A stretch of DNA of 64,000 nt, from sequence record LR756502.1; one strand, written 5' to 3'. The notes under the pieces were generated by a model that ran no database searches, had not been told where the DNA came from, and worked only from the letters and a program-made list of their open reading frames with translations. Below are positions 18,706-28,426 of this stretch, one piece after another. The position numbers and the translations under genes were made by a program. Numbering within the stretch: the first letter of the stretch is position 1; each line of letters opens with the position of its first letter.

Positions 18706-19218
18706 TTATTTATTCTTTATCAATTGTATTTGATTTCCTATTCGTTTAGTTGACCAATTTATATTCTTAGTCTCTTTATCAACCCACCTGTTAAACATTT
18801 TTGTTCTTCTACTTGGATTAGACAGCCACTGCTTCGGTGTTGTTAATATACTGTCTAAGTATGTTGCTAGAAAATATACGAATTGGTTTGATGTTATGAG
18901 ATCTATTATCCAACCAGGCGTTGATGATTTGTCTTCACTTCCAAAAAATTTAATTTTATTAACCTTTGGATTTTTTTCTATGAAGTCCTTAATAATATCC
19001 GTAATTGTTCTCATTGTTTTGAATGGATTGCTTCTATCTAGATTTCGGAAGTCCCATCCACCATCATCATTCATTGACCTAAACTCTACATTAACTGACC
19101 CTTCTTTACCTGAGAAGCTAACCAAATATATAATATCATCGATATCAAATTCATAGTCACATGATCCAATGTACTTCCATTCAATTGAATGTGACTCATA
19201 TGTTTGTAGGTATTTCAT
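18706..19218 (-). CDS. N-tagged hypothetical protein
   Basis: MKYLQTYES; AAATATATA upstream. Confidence 0.75.
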   Translation of the reverse strand: MKYLQTYESHSIEWKYIGSCDYEFDIDDIIYLVSFSGKEGSVNVEFRSMNDDGGWDFRNLDRSNPFKTMRTITDIIKDFIEKNPKVNKIKFFGSEDKSSTPGWIIDLITSNQFVYFLATYLDSILTTPKQWLSNPSRRTKMFNRWVDKETKNINWSTKRIGNQIQLIKNK

Positions 19219-19247
19219 AAACTATATATTTAATATATAATCTCATA

Positions 19248-19748
19248 ATGAAATACATTAAACTATTTGAAGCTTTTGAGGAATCATTTCAACCTGATGA
19301 TATAAATGTTAATATTACATCAACTGTTGTTGATATATTGCAAGATCATATAGATGATGGGTTATTGGATATAGAGTGTTTTACAGTTGGATATAAAACA
19401 CTTAGAGATGCTGGTGCAACTCATACAGATAATTCTATATCATTATTCATTTTACCACATTATCATGAACACATTGAATATAAAAAAAACAAAACACTGG
19501 ATATGGAGTCTCTAATACCATATCTAAAAAGAGTTGTGGAGTATGTTGAATCTGAGGGTAGAAAGGTTGTAATTAGCCTACAATATAGGAATTATTATAA
19601 AGTCCCCGCTAGTAGCTACGATGATATTGGAATGCAACTTACGCCTTCAGTTAAGGAAATAAATTTAGATAGAGTTGAGGATATACCAGATACACATGAA
19701 TATGAATCCATTGTTATGTCATTTTCAAAGAAAGAAACTAGTAAATAG
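19248..19748 (+). CDS. N-tagged DLxDxGF paralog
   Basis: MKYIKLFEAFEES; VVDILQDHIDDGLLDI. Confidence 0.75.
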   Translation: MKYIKLFEAFEESFQPDDINVNITSTVVDILQDHIDDGLLDIECFTVGYKTLRDAGATHTDNSISLFILPHYHEHIEYKKNKTLDMESLIPYLKRVVEYVESEGRKVVISLQYRNYYKVPASSYDDIGMQLTPSVKEINLDRVEDIPDTHEYESIVMSFSKKETSK

Positions 19749-19980
19749 TTGAATCTCTAAGATGTTTGCTTATTCTATCATATCCAATATCTTGTAGAGC
19801 CACTCTAACATTCTGAGGTATGTTGTTCTTCATCCAAATTGGGGATATTATTTTACCATCTATTAGTTTATCAAAGTCTTCTTCGGTAATTTTTATTCTA
19901 TCATTGTTGTTTTCAACAAATCCGGTCTGACAAAGTCTTTTAAAGTCTTCATCATTTAGTAATATTCTTATTTCTCTCAT
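19738..19980 (-). CDS. hypothetical protein
   Basis: ATGA-coupled to the MazG-like gene. Confidence 0.65.
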   Translation of the reverse strand: MREIRILLNDEDFKRLCQTGFVENNNDRIKITEEDFDKLIDGKIISPIWMKNNIPQNVRVALQDIGYDRISKHLRDSTIY

Positions 19981-20225
19981 CTTGATTCTCTTGTTCCGTC
20001 TTTAAATGCTCTTTTGGTTGCCTCTTTCATTTTAAGTAGGTCATCTAGTTTTAGATTATACTTTGAGCAATATCCCTCAATTGCTCCTATTAGGTCTGAT
20101 AACTCTACGAGAAGCATAACCTTATTTCCTTGTTGAAGAGCATCTTCACATTCAAGGAACTCTTCTCTTATTTTTGAAAATTCTCCGAATTCTCCTCTTT
20201 CAATCTCATTAATGTGATATCCCAT
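19977..20225 (-). CDS. MazG-like all-alpha NTP pyrophosphatase domain
   Basis: KIREEFLECEDA...LLVELSDLIGAIE (ExxE...ExxD pattern). Confidence 0.65.
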   Translation of the reverse strand: MGYHINEIERGEFGEFSKIREEFLECEDALQQGNKVMLLVELSDLIGAIEGYCSKYNLKLDDLLKMKEATKRAFKDGTRESR

Positions 20226-20767
20226 TATTTTATCATGTTTTTAACTATTGACATTCTTGGTTCTGCTAGACCAGTAGCATATATCCAATCAAGGTATTCA
20301 CAACTTCTGATTCCATAAGATCCTATTTCTATACCATTATACTCCAAATCATACCCTTGTTCTGTTTCTAATATATTAACTGTTCTGCCTAATTCTTCTT
20401 CATAGAAATCCTTACAAATGTTTAATACATCAATTAGTGATGATTTACTAACATCATCGGTTATAATTAACTCGTTCTTAATAAAATATTTGGTATGTGT
20501 TTGGTCAAATACCTCGTCTCTGTAACATGGAGTCACTGTTTGATATTTTCCATTTGGAAGGAATCCCTTCAAATATAGATACAGAAAGCTTTGTTCTCCT
20601 GAGGCAACGAGTACTTTATCTTTACCTACAATTTCCCAGTCTCCTTTACCATCTGGTTTTGTTATCGCTGATATAGCCTTTGTTACTGTCCAAGGAGATT
20701 CTATTCTTTTGAATCCTTTTGATTCATAGAATTGTATTGAGTTATTTATTCTGTTATAGTCTATCAT
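20225..20767 (-). CDS. stand-alone class II aminoacyl-tRNA synthetase-like catalytic domain
   Basis: Motif 2-like PCYRDE...YFIKNEL; GIEIGSYG; motif 3-like GLAEPR; only 180 aa. Confidence 0.7.
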   Translation of the reverse strand: MIDYNRINNSIQFYESKGFKRIESPWTVTKAISAITKPDGKGDWEIVGKDKVLVASGEQSFLYLYLKGFLPNGKYQTVTPCYRDEVFDQTHTKYFIKNELIITDDVSKSSLIDVLNICKDFYEEELGRTVNILETEQGYDLEYNGIEIGSYGIRSCEYLDWIYATGLAEPRMSIVKNMIK

Positions 20768-20768
20768 A

Positions 20769-20837
20769 TTACAGGAATGGACATACTATCATTAATATTG
20801 GCATTATAAATAGTATAATCATTGTTAAATTTTCCAT
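20769..20837 (-). CDS. 22-aa hydrophobic micro-protein (not in track)
   Basis: MENLTMIILFIMPILMIVCPFL; fills the gap, stop 1 nt before the next ATG. Confidence 0.35.
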   Translation of the reverse strand: MENLTMIILFIMPILMIVCPFL

Positions 20838-20848
20838 TAAATCTTCTC

Positions 20849-21268
20849 TCATGATATTATATTTTCTATTTTATTATTACGAACTATGTCTTGTGGAATT
20901 TTTCCTTTGTTAAAATCACCTATTCTTGAATATAATATTCTTCTACTTTCATAGTACTCCTCTATCAAAGAGTTGAATGCATTTATATAGTCTGGAAGTG
21001 ACTTGTCGTTTTTACAAGTATATTTAATTATAATATGATCGTCTTGTCGAAAGACGAGTTTTGTTGAGGCCAATAATATATTTATATCGATATAATGAAG
21101 TCCATCAACATCAACTAAATACATTAAACCACTTTCAGATCCATATCCCTTAAATCTTACAGGATATTCTCTTTCAATCTCACGATAGTCTCTTCTAGTT
21201 GGGTCTTTATACAAAGACTTCAATTTATCTCCTATAAAATTATCTATTTCTTCAAATGTCATATACAT
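20849..21268 (-). CDS. C-tagged hypothetical protein
   Basis: Ends VRNNKIENIIS. Confidence 0.7.
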   Translation of the reverse strand: MYMTFEEIDNFIGDKLKSLYKDPTRRDYREIEREYPVRFKGYGSESGLMYLVDVDGLHYIDINILLASTKLVFRQDDHIIIKYTCKNDKSLPDYINAFNSLIEEYYESRRILYSRIGDFNKGKIPQDIVRNNKIENIIS

Positions 21269-21552
21269 TAGTTTGTTAGTTTATCATTATCAATTAAAAG
21301 AATTTTACTTTTCATTTCTGAAAGTATTTTCGTAAGGAAATCAATTATTGGTTGTTTATCAATTAAGTATTCGGGGTAACTTTCACAATCGGTTTTAATA
21401 TCTTCTAAGTGTTCTGCGATATAATTCTTTCTAACGAAGAAAGAAAATCCTCTATCTGAGTGCTTATATGATGCCAATTCATAGAGAGTTTTTAATTCCT
21501 CCTGGTTGAGACTATATTGTTGTATTGTATCAATGGTAAGATCCTTCATCAT
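21268..21552 (-). CDS. hypothetical protein
   Basis: Translationally coupled in a minus-strand run. Confidence 0.65.
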   Translation of the reverse strand: MMKDLTIDTIQQYSLNQEELKTLYELASYKHSDRGFSFFVRKNYIAEHLEDIKTDCESYPEYLIDKQPIIDFLTKILSEMKSKILLIDNDKLTN

Positions 21553-22001
21553 TTTAGGTTTGGTAGATTATTTTTAGTAAACTCTTCGGCGTCTTCTCTT
21601 CTCCAAGTTGTTTTTCCTCTATTAATAAATGTGGTCGAATATGGTGACCGTACTATAATCTTGAATGGTAGTTTGCAATTGTTTTTTATCCACTCCGATA
21701 TATCTGGTATACTCTTTGGTATAAACCAATATTGGTATTCTTCTGACTCGGGAATCATAATATCATATTTTTCATGTAGTGCTTCAATAGCACACTCTTT
21801 CGAAGATAGAAAGTATTTAGCTCTCCAATAATTTGCTGGACTTCCGGTTACTTTCTCAAACATTTCCCAAAATAGTTTGTTATACTCTTGGGCTCTTTCC
21901 CGATGTTGTTTATCATCACAATCAAATTTGCCCTTACGAACATTAATACCATCCGCATAGTATCTTATCTTAAAGATATTATAGTCACTTGATTTTTTCA
22001 T
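21549..22001 (-). CDS. hypothetical protein
   Basis: Coupled run. Confidence 0.65.
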   Translation of the reverse strand: MKKSSDYNIFKIRYYADGINVRKGKFDCDDKQHRERAQEYNKLFWEMFEKVTGSPANYWRAKYFLSSKECAIEALHEKYDIMIPESEEYQYWFIPKSIPDISEWIKNNCKLPFKIIVRSPYSTTFINRGKTTWRREDAEEFTKNNLPNLK

Positions 22002-22004
22002 GAA

Positions 22005-22271
22005 TTAAGAATAGATTTTTGGCATAATCTTTCTAACATCTGCTCGAACATACCCATATGCATGTCTGATATCTTCTGCTTTATCTGGATAGTCAATCGA
22101 GACAGCTTCCTGTAATACATCTAAAATATCATCCACCATCTGAGACAAGTTGTCCATCATATCCTCTGAAATTTTTGAACCATAAGGAGATACACATAAA
22201 ATGGCTTCTTTTAATAGTTCTGTATTCTTGTCTTTGATATCTTTGATTTCTTTTTCTGTTTTCATTTTCAT
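22005..22271 (-). CDS. hypothetical protein
   Basis: Coupled run. Confidence 0.65.
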   Translation of the reverse strand: MKMKTEKEIKDIKDKNTELLKEAILCVSPYGSKISEDMMDNLSQMVDDILDVLQEAVSIDYPDKAEDIRHAYGYVRADVRKIMPKIYS

Positions 22272-22274
22272 TTT

Positions 22275-22505
22275 TTAAATTATTTCTGATATTACTAAAT
22301 CTCTTTTCGTTGCTATAAATTCATTTTCAGTGAGTTCCACTCTGGTGAATGATGCCCACATTACCCATTTGTTTTTTATTTCTAATTGTGCTGGATTAAA
22401 TAGGGTAGACTCCCTCTCATCAGTTGCCTCGTATAGATGATTATTTAATAACCCAATATCTGGTCTTGATAATCCATCATACCTATATAATATTTTCTTC
22501 ATCAC
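22275..22505 (-). CDS. C-tagged hypothetical protein
   Basis: Ends KRDLVISEII; TATATTTG upstream heads the run. Confidence 0.65.
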   Translation of the reverse strand: MMKKILYRYDGLSRPDIGLLNNHLYEATDERESTLFNPAQLEIKNKWVMWASFTRVELTENEFIATKRDLVISEII

Positions 22506-22544
22506 TATTTAATTTTAACAAATATATGAATTAATATATAGAAA

Positions 22545-23540
22545 GTGAAGAAATTTTCAAAAATTTTCGAAAATAGGGATGAACTCCTATTAAAACTAGG
22601 AGCATCCGAAGAAGAAGTAAGGGACATATGTTCCGAGTTGATTGATGAGGGTTATAAATTATCGATGTCATCCATGTATATAGGACTGAATGGTCATATT
22701 TATAAAGATCCAAATGAGACATCTAAATATTATCCATCTATCGAAATTGATTTGTATAGAGATTTAATATCTGATAAAGATACTGGTGAACATTTTGAAA
22801 AATATAATGATGTTAGAAATTGGAATGGTGGAGTTTATTTTGAGGGAAACATCAATATTCTAAAAACAATATATGAAATTTGTTATCGATTCGAATCAAC
22901 ATTCAAATCTGATAAGGCTGAGGTATTTTTCTCGATCAGGAGTATAAATGAAATAAACGTCCGAATTACATTTGATATAGAGTATAGTATATCTCCTATA
23001 GACTTTGAAGAGGTGAAAAAATATATAATAAAAAATAATATTGATGATCTTACATCTGGTTTGGATTATAGAATAAAAGATAGGAATTGGTCTGGGAACA
23101 AGATGTCTACCACGATTAAGTTATGTACATCGGATAGTGGTAAATATTATCCAGAAGATATCCATAGAATTGGAGATTTCAAGGACATCAGAACACCATC
23201 CTTGAAATACTTGAACATTAAGTTAAAAACACATGACATGACTAACCTTCTTGATTTAAAAAAGTTATCACTTGAATATTCTGAGTATATTTATGACTTT
23301 TGTAAAAAAACAAATAATACTATTACCAAAAAATCCTTTGAAAATCCGGGCGCTGGTCCATACTTTCGTATAATCTCTGGCGATGGTAAGCCTTTAATAG
23401 AGTTTAGATATACATTTCAACTTGAGCACAGTATTAATGTTATTGTTTCAAGGGGATTGTTTAAGAATAAATCTCAAGATATTGGTATTTATAGTATTAG
23501 TTTGGATATTACATTTTTCAAAGATCAATATTCTAAGTAA
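22545..23540 (+). CDS. N-tagged DLxDxGF paralog (GTG start)
   Basis: MKKFSKIFEN; VRDICSELIDEGYKLS; TAATATATA upstream. Confidence 0.75.
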   Translation: MKKFSKIFENRDELLLKLGASEEEVRDICSELIDEGYKLSMSSMYIGLNGHIYKDPNETSKYYPSIEIDLYRDLISDKDTGEHFEKYNDVRNWNGGVYFEGNINILKTIYEICYRFESTFKSDKAEVFFSIRSINEINVRITFDIEYSISPIDFEEVKKYIIKNNIDDLTSGLDYRIKDRNWSGNKMSTTIKLCTSDSGKYYPEDIHRIGDFKDIRTPSLKYLNIKLKTHDMTNLLDLKKLSLEYSEYIYDFCKKTNNTITKKSFENPGAGPYFRIISGDGKPLIEFRYTFQLEHSINVIVSRGLFKNKSQDIGIYSISLDITFFKDQYSK

Positions 23541-23577
23541 GTTTTGAAAAATAGGTAAAATTTATTATATTTACAAA

Positions 23578-23868
23578 ATGAAAGAGAAGGCCATCGTAAA
23601 GAAAACAAGTGAAATATTGGATGTTGAAGAGCATTGGTCAGTAAAAATGATGAGTGTCACAATTGAACTACCGGATGAATTGAAAGATGTATTTAAAGAA
23701 CCGATTGATGTTTTCGGTCATAAGATTGAGTATAAAGATAAATATACTAAATCCAACAAGGAAGGGGATCACTATATTTTATCGGATGGTAAAGAATATA
23801 TGGGTCATGATTTAATTGTTGGTATTGATAATATTCGTGACTATAAGGTAAATAAACTAATAGACTAG
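23578..23868 (+). CDS. C-tagged hypothetical protein
   Basis: Ends IRDYKVNKLID. Confidence 0.7.
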   Translation: MKEKAIVKKTSEILDVEEHWSVKMMSVTIELPDELKDVFKEPIDVFGHKIEYKDKYTKSNKEGDHYILSDGKEYMGHDLIVGIDNIRDYKVNKLID

Positions 23869-24749
23869 TTAAGTTTGGGTAATATTCTTATTATTATTGC
23901 TTGTGATTCGTAGAAATTAGTGTCCTTATCCTTAAATCTATAAGTACCAGATATATTACCCGCCCAATTAGGGGCACCAATATGAATGAGAACTTTAACA
24001 CCATAGTCCTCCAAGTGAGATTTTATATCTTCCATTTCTGATAGTATATTAGCAACATCTTTGTCTACTTCTATAAAATTCATAAATGATGTCATGTGAT
24101 TTTTGCCAAGATTTTTGCCAGTTGATATAGCTATTGTGTATATTGGCATATTAGCTCCTAGAATATTTTCTGCTGCTATTGCATAATCATTTGCATTATC
24201 AAATATGTTTGAAAAAATATCTTTAATATTTTCTATTTTTAGATTGCTATAATGTTCCATTTTAATACAAAGTTTTGCCCAATTAAAAAGATCACTTAAT
24301 TCATAATAGATTTTCTTCAAAACATCTATTTCCCCATTAGTGGACATTGTTAGAGGAATTGATATATCATGTCCACCAAAAACATCAGATGTGCTGAGAT
24401 ATAGTATTGGTGATTTACCACCAACTACTGTAAATTCGATATCTAGACAAGGATTATGTTCCTCATTTATAATCTTAGATATAAAGTTAAAATTTTTAAT
24501 ATCTGTACTAACTTTTTCCTCAAGAAACTCACGATTTATATTATCGATACCCCATCGAATTATTGGAGTGTATTTATCATTGAAAAAAAACACCAAATGA
24601 TTTGTGGTATATAGTGAGTAATCAAGCTTACCAAACTCACATCCTTCGTCTTCGTCTATAAGATCAGTAAAGTATTCTAAAGCATCATCATCGCTATAAC
24701 CTTCATTATCAAACCTATCAAACGATTCTATTATTCTTCTCTTACCCAT
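23865..24749 (-). CDS. hypothetical protein with tag-like start and two DLxD-like segments
   Basis: IIESFDRFDNE; YFTDLIDEDEG and IKDIFSNIFDN. Confidence 0.7.
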   Translation of the reverse strand: MGKRRIIESFDRFDNEGYSDDDALEYFTDLIDEDEGCEFGKLDYSLYTTNHLVFFFNDKYTPIIRWGIDNINREFLEEKVSTDIKNFNFISKIINEEHNPCLDIEFTVVGGKSPILYLSTSDVFGGHDISIPLTMSTNGEIDVLKKIYYELSDLFNWAKLCIKMEHYSNLKIENIKDIFSNIFDNANDYAIAAENILGANMPIYTIAISTGKNLGKNHMTSFMNFIEVDKDVANILSEMEDIKSHLEDYGVKVLIHIGAPNWAGNISGTYRFKDKDTNFYESQAIIIRILPKLN

Positions 24750-24788
24750 ATTAATTATATATTAAAAACTTAATATATAATTAATATG
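24747..24788. repeat. perfect 19-bp inverted repeat containing both divergent start codons and two TAATATATA elements
   Basis: CATATTAATTATATATTAA-AAAC-TTAATATATAATTAATATG. Confidence 0.85.
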
Positions 24789-25487
24789 AAACATTTGAGT
24801 AAATATAATGAGTTTTCTATCAATGAGGGCAAGATATCACAAGCTGTCTTAAGTGGACTATTATCAATAACTGGGACTCTTAGTAAATTGTCAAAAAAGA
24901 TAACTGGTAAATATATACCAATTAAATTCAAAGATAAGAAAAAAGAGAGAGAAGTAAATAGAGACATTATTAAGCTTTTAGACTATACTCTTTTTGACAT
25001 GATGAAATACTACTTTAATAAAAAATATAAACAAGAGGCTGATAAAACTAGCTTTACTGAGTTAATTAAAAAGAGAAGTGGTGTCGATATGTATGATTTA
25101 ATTTCTAGGTTAGAATCAAATATGAAAATAGAGAACATTGAACTATCTACTGATAGTGATATTAGGAAAAAACAGGAGGATCTATATAATGTTGGAATTG
25201 AGACAATTAAGAAATATAAATCTATATTTAAGAAAATAGATGATAGTATTAAAGAGACTCAGTATTTACTTCAAGAACTAACTATTATAATGAGTGGGTT
25301 GGATCCAAGGATTAACAGGACTGCTGGTGAGACTTTAGATAATCTTCATAGTGGTTTAGATAGATTAGATAGGTTAACAGAACCAAAAGATATGAATGAT
25401 ATCCTTGACAAGGCTTCAAAATATGGAATCGAATCTCTTACTGATCAAGAGAAGGATGATTTGGATAAGCACTCAAAGTCAATATAA
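24786..25487 (+). CDS. N-tagged protein with C-terminal DUF6576-like helix pair
   Basis: MKHLSKYNEFSINE; NDILDKASKYGIESLTDQEKDDLDKHS. Confidence 0.75.
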   Translation: MKHLSKYNEFSINEGKISQAVLSGLLSITGTLSKLSKKITGKYIPIKFKDKKKEREVNRDIIKLLDYTLFDMMKYYFNKKYKQEADKTSFTELIKKRSGVDMYDLISRLESNMKIENIELSTDSDIRKKQEDLYNVGIETIKKYKSIFKKIDDSIKETQYLLQELTIIMSGLDPRINRTAGETLDNLHSGLDRLDRLTEPKDMNDILDKASKYGIESLTDQEKDDLDKHSKSI

Positions 25488-25517
25488 AAAAACCCCAGTC
25501 AATTGACTGGGGTTTTT
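25488..25517. terminator. bidirectional intrinsic terminator
   Basis: AAAAACCCCAGTC-AATT-GACTGGGGTTTTT. Confidence 0.85.
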
Positions 25518-25526
25518 ATTTACTGA

Positions 25527-26021
25527 TTAAATAGTATTTAATCCTGGGATATCTAAGATATCTAATATCTCGATATCGAACTCTAAATTTTTACCAGCTA
25601 ATGGATGATTTCCATCAACTAAAACATATTCAGAGTTTATTTCTTTTACAGTAACTGATATATCTTGACCTTGAGCATTTGCGTTCAATACTTGTCCAAC
25701 TTGAACTTCTTTTGGTACATTATCTGCTGGAACCTTAACAATTAAGTCTTCTCTAACAAGACCATATGCACTTTCTGCTGCTATCTTTATAGTTGCTTTA
25801 TATCCAATTGGTTTGTTTAGAACAGATGATTCAAATGCTGGTATTACTTGACTTGCTCCCATTTTGAATTGGAAAGATGCTCTACCTATTGAAGTATCAA
25901 ATATTTGACCATCTTCTAATCTACCTGTGTAGTTTAGAACTGCTGTTTTGCCATTAGATAATAATTTTTCTTCTACTACTGGTGTAGCTATTTTGCCTGT
26001 TTTTTTATTTCCTTTTGCCAT
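25527..26021 (-). CDS. FKBP-type peptidyl-prolyl isomerase (SlyD/SlpA-like)
   Basis: YTGRLEDGQIFDTS, QVIPAFE, DGNHPLAGKNLEFDIEI. Confidence 0.92.
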   Translation of the reverse strand: MAKGNKKTGKIATPVVEEKLLSNGKTAVLNYTGRLEDGQIFDTSIGRASFQFKMGASQVIPAFESSVLNKPIGYKATIKIAAESAYGLVREDLIVKVPADNVPKEVQVGQVLNANAQGQDISVTVKEINSEYVLVDGNHPLAGKNLEFDIEILDILDIPGLNTI

Positions 26022-26083
26022 TTTAAAATTTATTTTTATAAAACTTATATTAAATTAATCTATCTAAGTTTTTTTTAATAAAA

Positions 26084-26109
26084 AAAATCCTCCAAAGAAG
26101 GAGGATTTT
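26084..26109. terminator. intrinsic terminator after HU
   Basis: AAAATCCTCC-AAAGAA-GGAGGATTTT. Confidence 0.8.
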
Positions 26110-26129
26110 AATTTATTTTGAATTTTTAT

Positions 26130-26405
26130 TTAAGAGTTAACTGCTTCAGAAAGTTTAGATCCTGCTTTGAATTTAGCAACTGTTCTTGCTGCAATTTCTA
26201 AGTCTGCTCCAGTTTTTGGATTGCGACCTTTGCGAGCCTCACGTCTGGAAGTACCAAAAGTACCGAATCCTACTAGTGTAACTTTATCTCCTTTTGATAA
26301 GGCATTTTGTACTGCATTTACAAATGCGTCAACTACTCTATTGCTATCAGCTTTTGATAGACCAGTACTTTCAGCGATTTCATTGATTAAATCTGATTTG
26401 TTCAT
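26130..26405 (-). CDS. hup: HU DNA-binding protein
   Basis: MNKSDLI...VTLVGFGTF...RKGRNPKTG...FKAGSKL. Confidence 0.95.
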   Translation of the reverse strand: MNKSDLINEIAESTGLSKADSNRVVDAFVNAVQNALSKGDKVTLVGFGTFGTSRREARKGRNPKTGADLEIAARTVAKFKAGSKLSEAVNS

Positions 26406-26562
26406 TATTTTCAATTTGTTTTTTTATTGAGTGTTTATACTCAATTAACTATTATATAACATATAAATCAAAGGTTTCAAAAGTTTAGAAAAAACTGAAT
26501 TTTTTTTCTATATAGAATATGACTTTTCATATATAATTTTTGTATATTTGTTAAAATTAAAA

Positions 26563-26760
26563 ATGCCTAGAACAAGCACTGTGATATGTTTGCGTTGGAT
26601 ATCAAGCGGATCCATAGAGCACTTTACCAACTTAGGTAAAATGTATCGGAAATATGATGCTAAAAAATTGGGAGTTAGTAGATTTACATTGAATAAGAAG
26701 GAACTATATGGTGGATATCAAAATGATATAGTTGAAATAGTTAAATCATTTATTCAGTAA
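26563..26760 (+). CDS. hypothetical protein
   Basis: TATATTTG at 26543-26550; ATG 26563. Confidence 0.6.
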   Translation: MPRTSTVICLRWISSGSIEHFTNLGKMYRKYDAKKLGVSRFTLNKKELYGGYQNDIVEIVKSFIQ

Positions 26761-26874
26761 TTACTTGCCTTGTCCAGCATAAAGCTTCTGATAATTCTTT
26801 GAATTTTTAGATCTAGATGATTTCTTTTTACTGTGTATTCCTTTTCTCTTCTTCTTAGTTGGTTTGAATCTCAT
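26761..26874 (-). CDS. 37-aa highly basic peptide (not in track)
   Basis: MRFKPTKKKRKGIHSKKKSSRSKNSKNYQKLYAGQGK; own TAATATATA element at 26894-26902. Confidence 0.65.
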   Translation of the reverse strand: MRFKPTKKKRKGIHSKKKSSRSKNSKNYQKLYAGQGK

Positions 26875-26903
26875 TGTGGTTATTTATTTTTACTATATAT
26901 TAA

Positions 26904-27284
26904 ATGAAATATATATTTATCCTATTGTTTTTTATGATAACGGGCTTATGTCTATCTAACGACACTACTTTCATATACAAACAAAATAGTGGATATACTT
27001 CACCTACATCAACTCAAATTTTTTTAGAGAGTATATTTAATGTTTATGGTAAAGATGGTTCTATTATTATCGAATTTATATTTACAGATTATACTTATTG
27101 GTGTGGTAACCCAGATATGAAAATTGAGATAATTGACTATAACACACATGAGTTATTATTCAAGCAGGATTGCTTTGATTTACCAAGATGGTCTTCTATA
27201 AGAATTAAGCAAGGTCATTATCTTGTTAAGGTATCTGTTATAAAATCACACAAGACTCAAATATATATATTGGATATCTATTAA
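26904..27284 (+). CDS. secreted/periplasmic hypothetical protein
   Basis: Signal-peptide-like MKYIFILLFFMITGLCLS. Confidence 0.6.
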   Translation: MKYIFILLFFMITGLCLSNDTTFIYKQNSGYTSPTSTQIFLESIFNVYGKDGSIIIEFIFTDYTYWCGNPDMKIEIIDYNTHELLFKQDCFDLPRWSSIRIKQGHYLVKVSVIKSHKTQIYILDIY

Positions 27285-27293
27285 GAGATAGAC

Positions 27294-27830
27294 TTACTTA
27301 GTTAAAAAGTTAAAGAATTTTCTTACTTTTGATTGTTTTTTCTTACCTAAGACTACACTAACATGTCTATAGTTTATATTAATGTAATTATTAATTCTAC
27401 TAAGCCTATCACACCCGGTGAATCCTTGTTTTATGCCAACCTTTATATTAGCAGAGGTCGCATCCTTAAATAGTACGTAAGATTTGTTTGGACCAATATA
27501 ATCTGGTAAAGATGATTGGTATGGTCCAAACTTTGAGTAATCTGATTTATTATTCTCAGACCTTATAAAATATAAAGCAACTTTTACAATTTCATAATCA
27601 GGAATTTGTTCAAGTATTTGATTCATCTTATTAAGTACTATTTCAAGATTAACATATCCCGAAATGCCATTACCTTCATTCTTGCGTATACCTATAACTA
27701 CTCCTTCATTATCTCTTTCCTCCACCGAAGTAATCATCCAAGGATAGTCATCATTTATATCAGCAACCATATCACCAACTAGACTAGCAATATTCATATC
27801 AGACTCATTAAACTTCTTTAGATATTTCAC
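27294..27830 (-). CDS. N-tagged hypothetical protein (GTG start)
   Basis: MKYLKKFNES; MVADINDDYP. Confidence 0.7.
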   Translation of the reverse strand: MKYLKKFNESDMNIASLVGDMVADINDDYPWMITSVEERDNEGVVIGIRKNEGNGISGYVNLEIVLNKMNQILEQIPDYEIVKVALYFIRSENNKSDYSKFGPYQSSLPDYIGPNKSYVLFKDATSANIKVGIKQGFTGCDRLSRINNYININYRHVSVVLGKKKQSKVRKFFNFLTK

Positions 27831-28426
27831 TGGGTTATATTAGATTTTTTCCAAACAAAAAAAGTTGATTTATCTTTCTGTACTTCGATATAACCTTCTT
27901 CCCTATACTGAGAACTCACAAGCTTGCAATTGAATATGTGGCCTTTGTATTTTGAGCTAAGACCTGGATACGATTGTGATTTATTATCATATCCAATATC
28001 CTTCTTTTCTTCCAATTGATATTTCCCAACATCTATTCCCAATTCTTCTTTTATTCCCCTAATTGCTGAAACTAAAGGATTCTCACCAGATTTCATCTTT
28101 TCAGATACAGATGCTAACATCTTTCTTTTCCTTACCCTACCATCATTGAATACTTGTCTATCTTCAGTAAGAAGATATTTATTTCCATCTTCATTATAAA
28201 ATATATTAATGCCAACAAATTCAATGTATCTAACTAGTTGACCATCCTCCTCAACTATTATACATTCACTATTTGTTAATTCATCCAAAAGATTCTCAAC
28301 TGATTTGGCTTCTCCTTTACCCCATGTCTCATGTGGTATTCCATATTCTCCTAATTTTGTAATTAGATCCTCAGTTGTTTTTATTTCATTTGAACTGAAG
28401 TATTCATATAACTTTAGATGTTTCAT
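27827..28426 (-). CDS. Nudix-fold protein, N-tagged
   Basis: MKHLKLYEYF; degenerate Nudix box GENPLVSAIRGIKEELG. Confidence 0.65.
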   Translation of the reverse strand: MKHLKLYEYFSSNEIKTTEDLITKLGEYGIPHETWGKGEAKSVENLLDELTNSECIIVEEDGQLVRYIEFVGINIFYNEDGNKYLLTEDRQVFNDGRVRKRKMLASVSEKMKSGENPLVSAIRGIKEELGIDVGKYQLEEKKDIGYDNKSQSYPGLSSKYKGHIFNCKLVSSQYREEGYIEVQKDKSTFFVWKKSNITQ

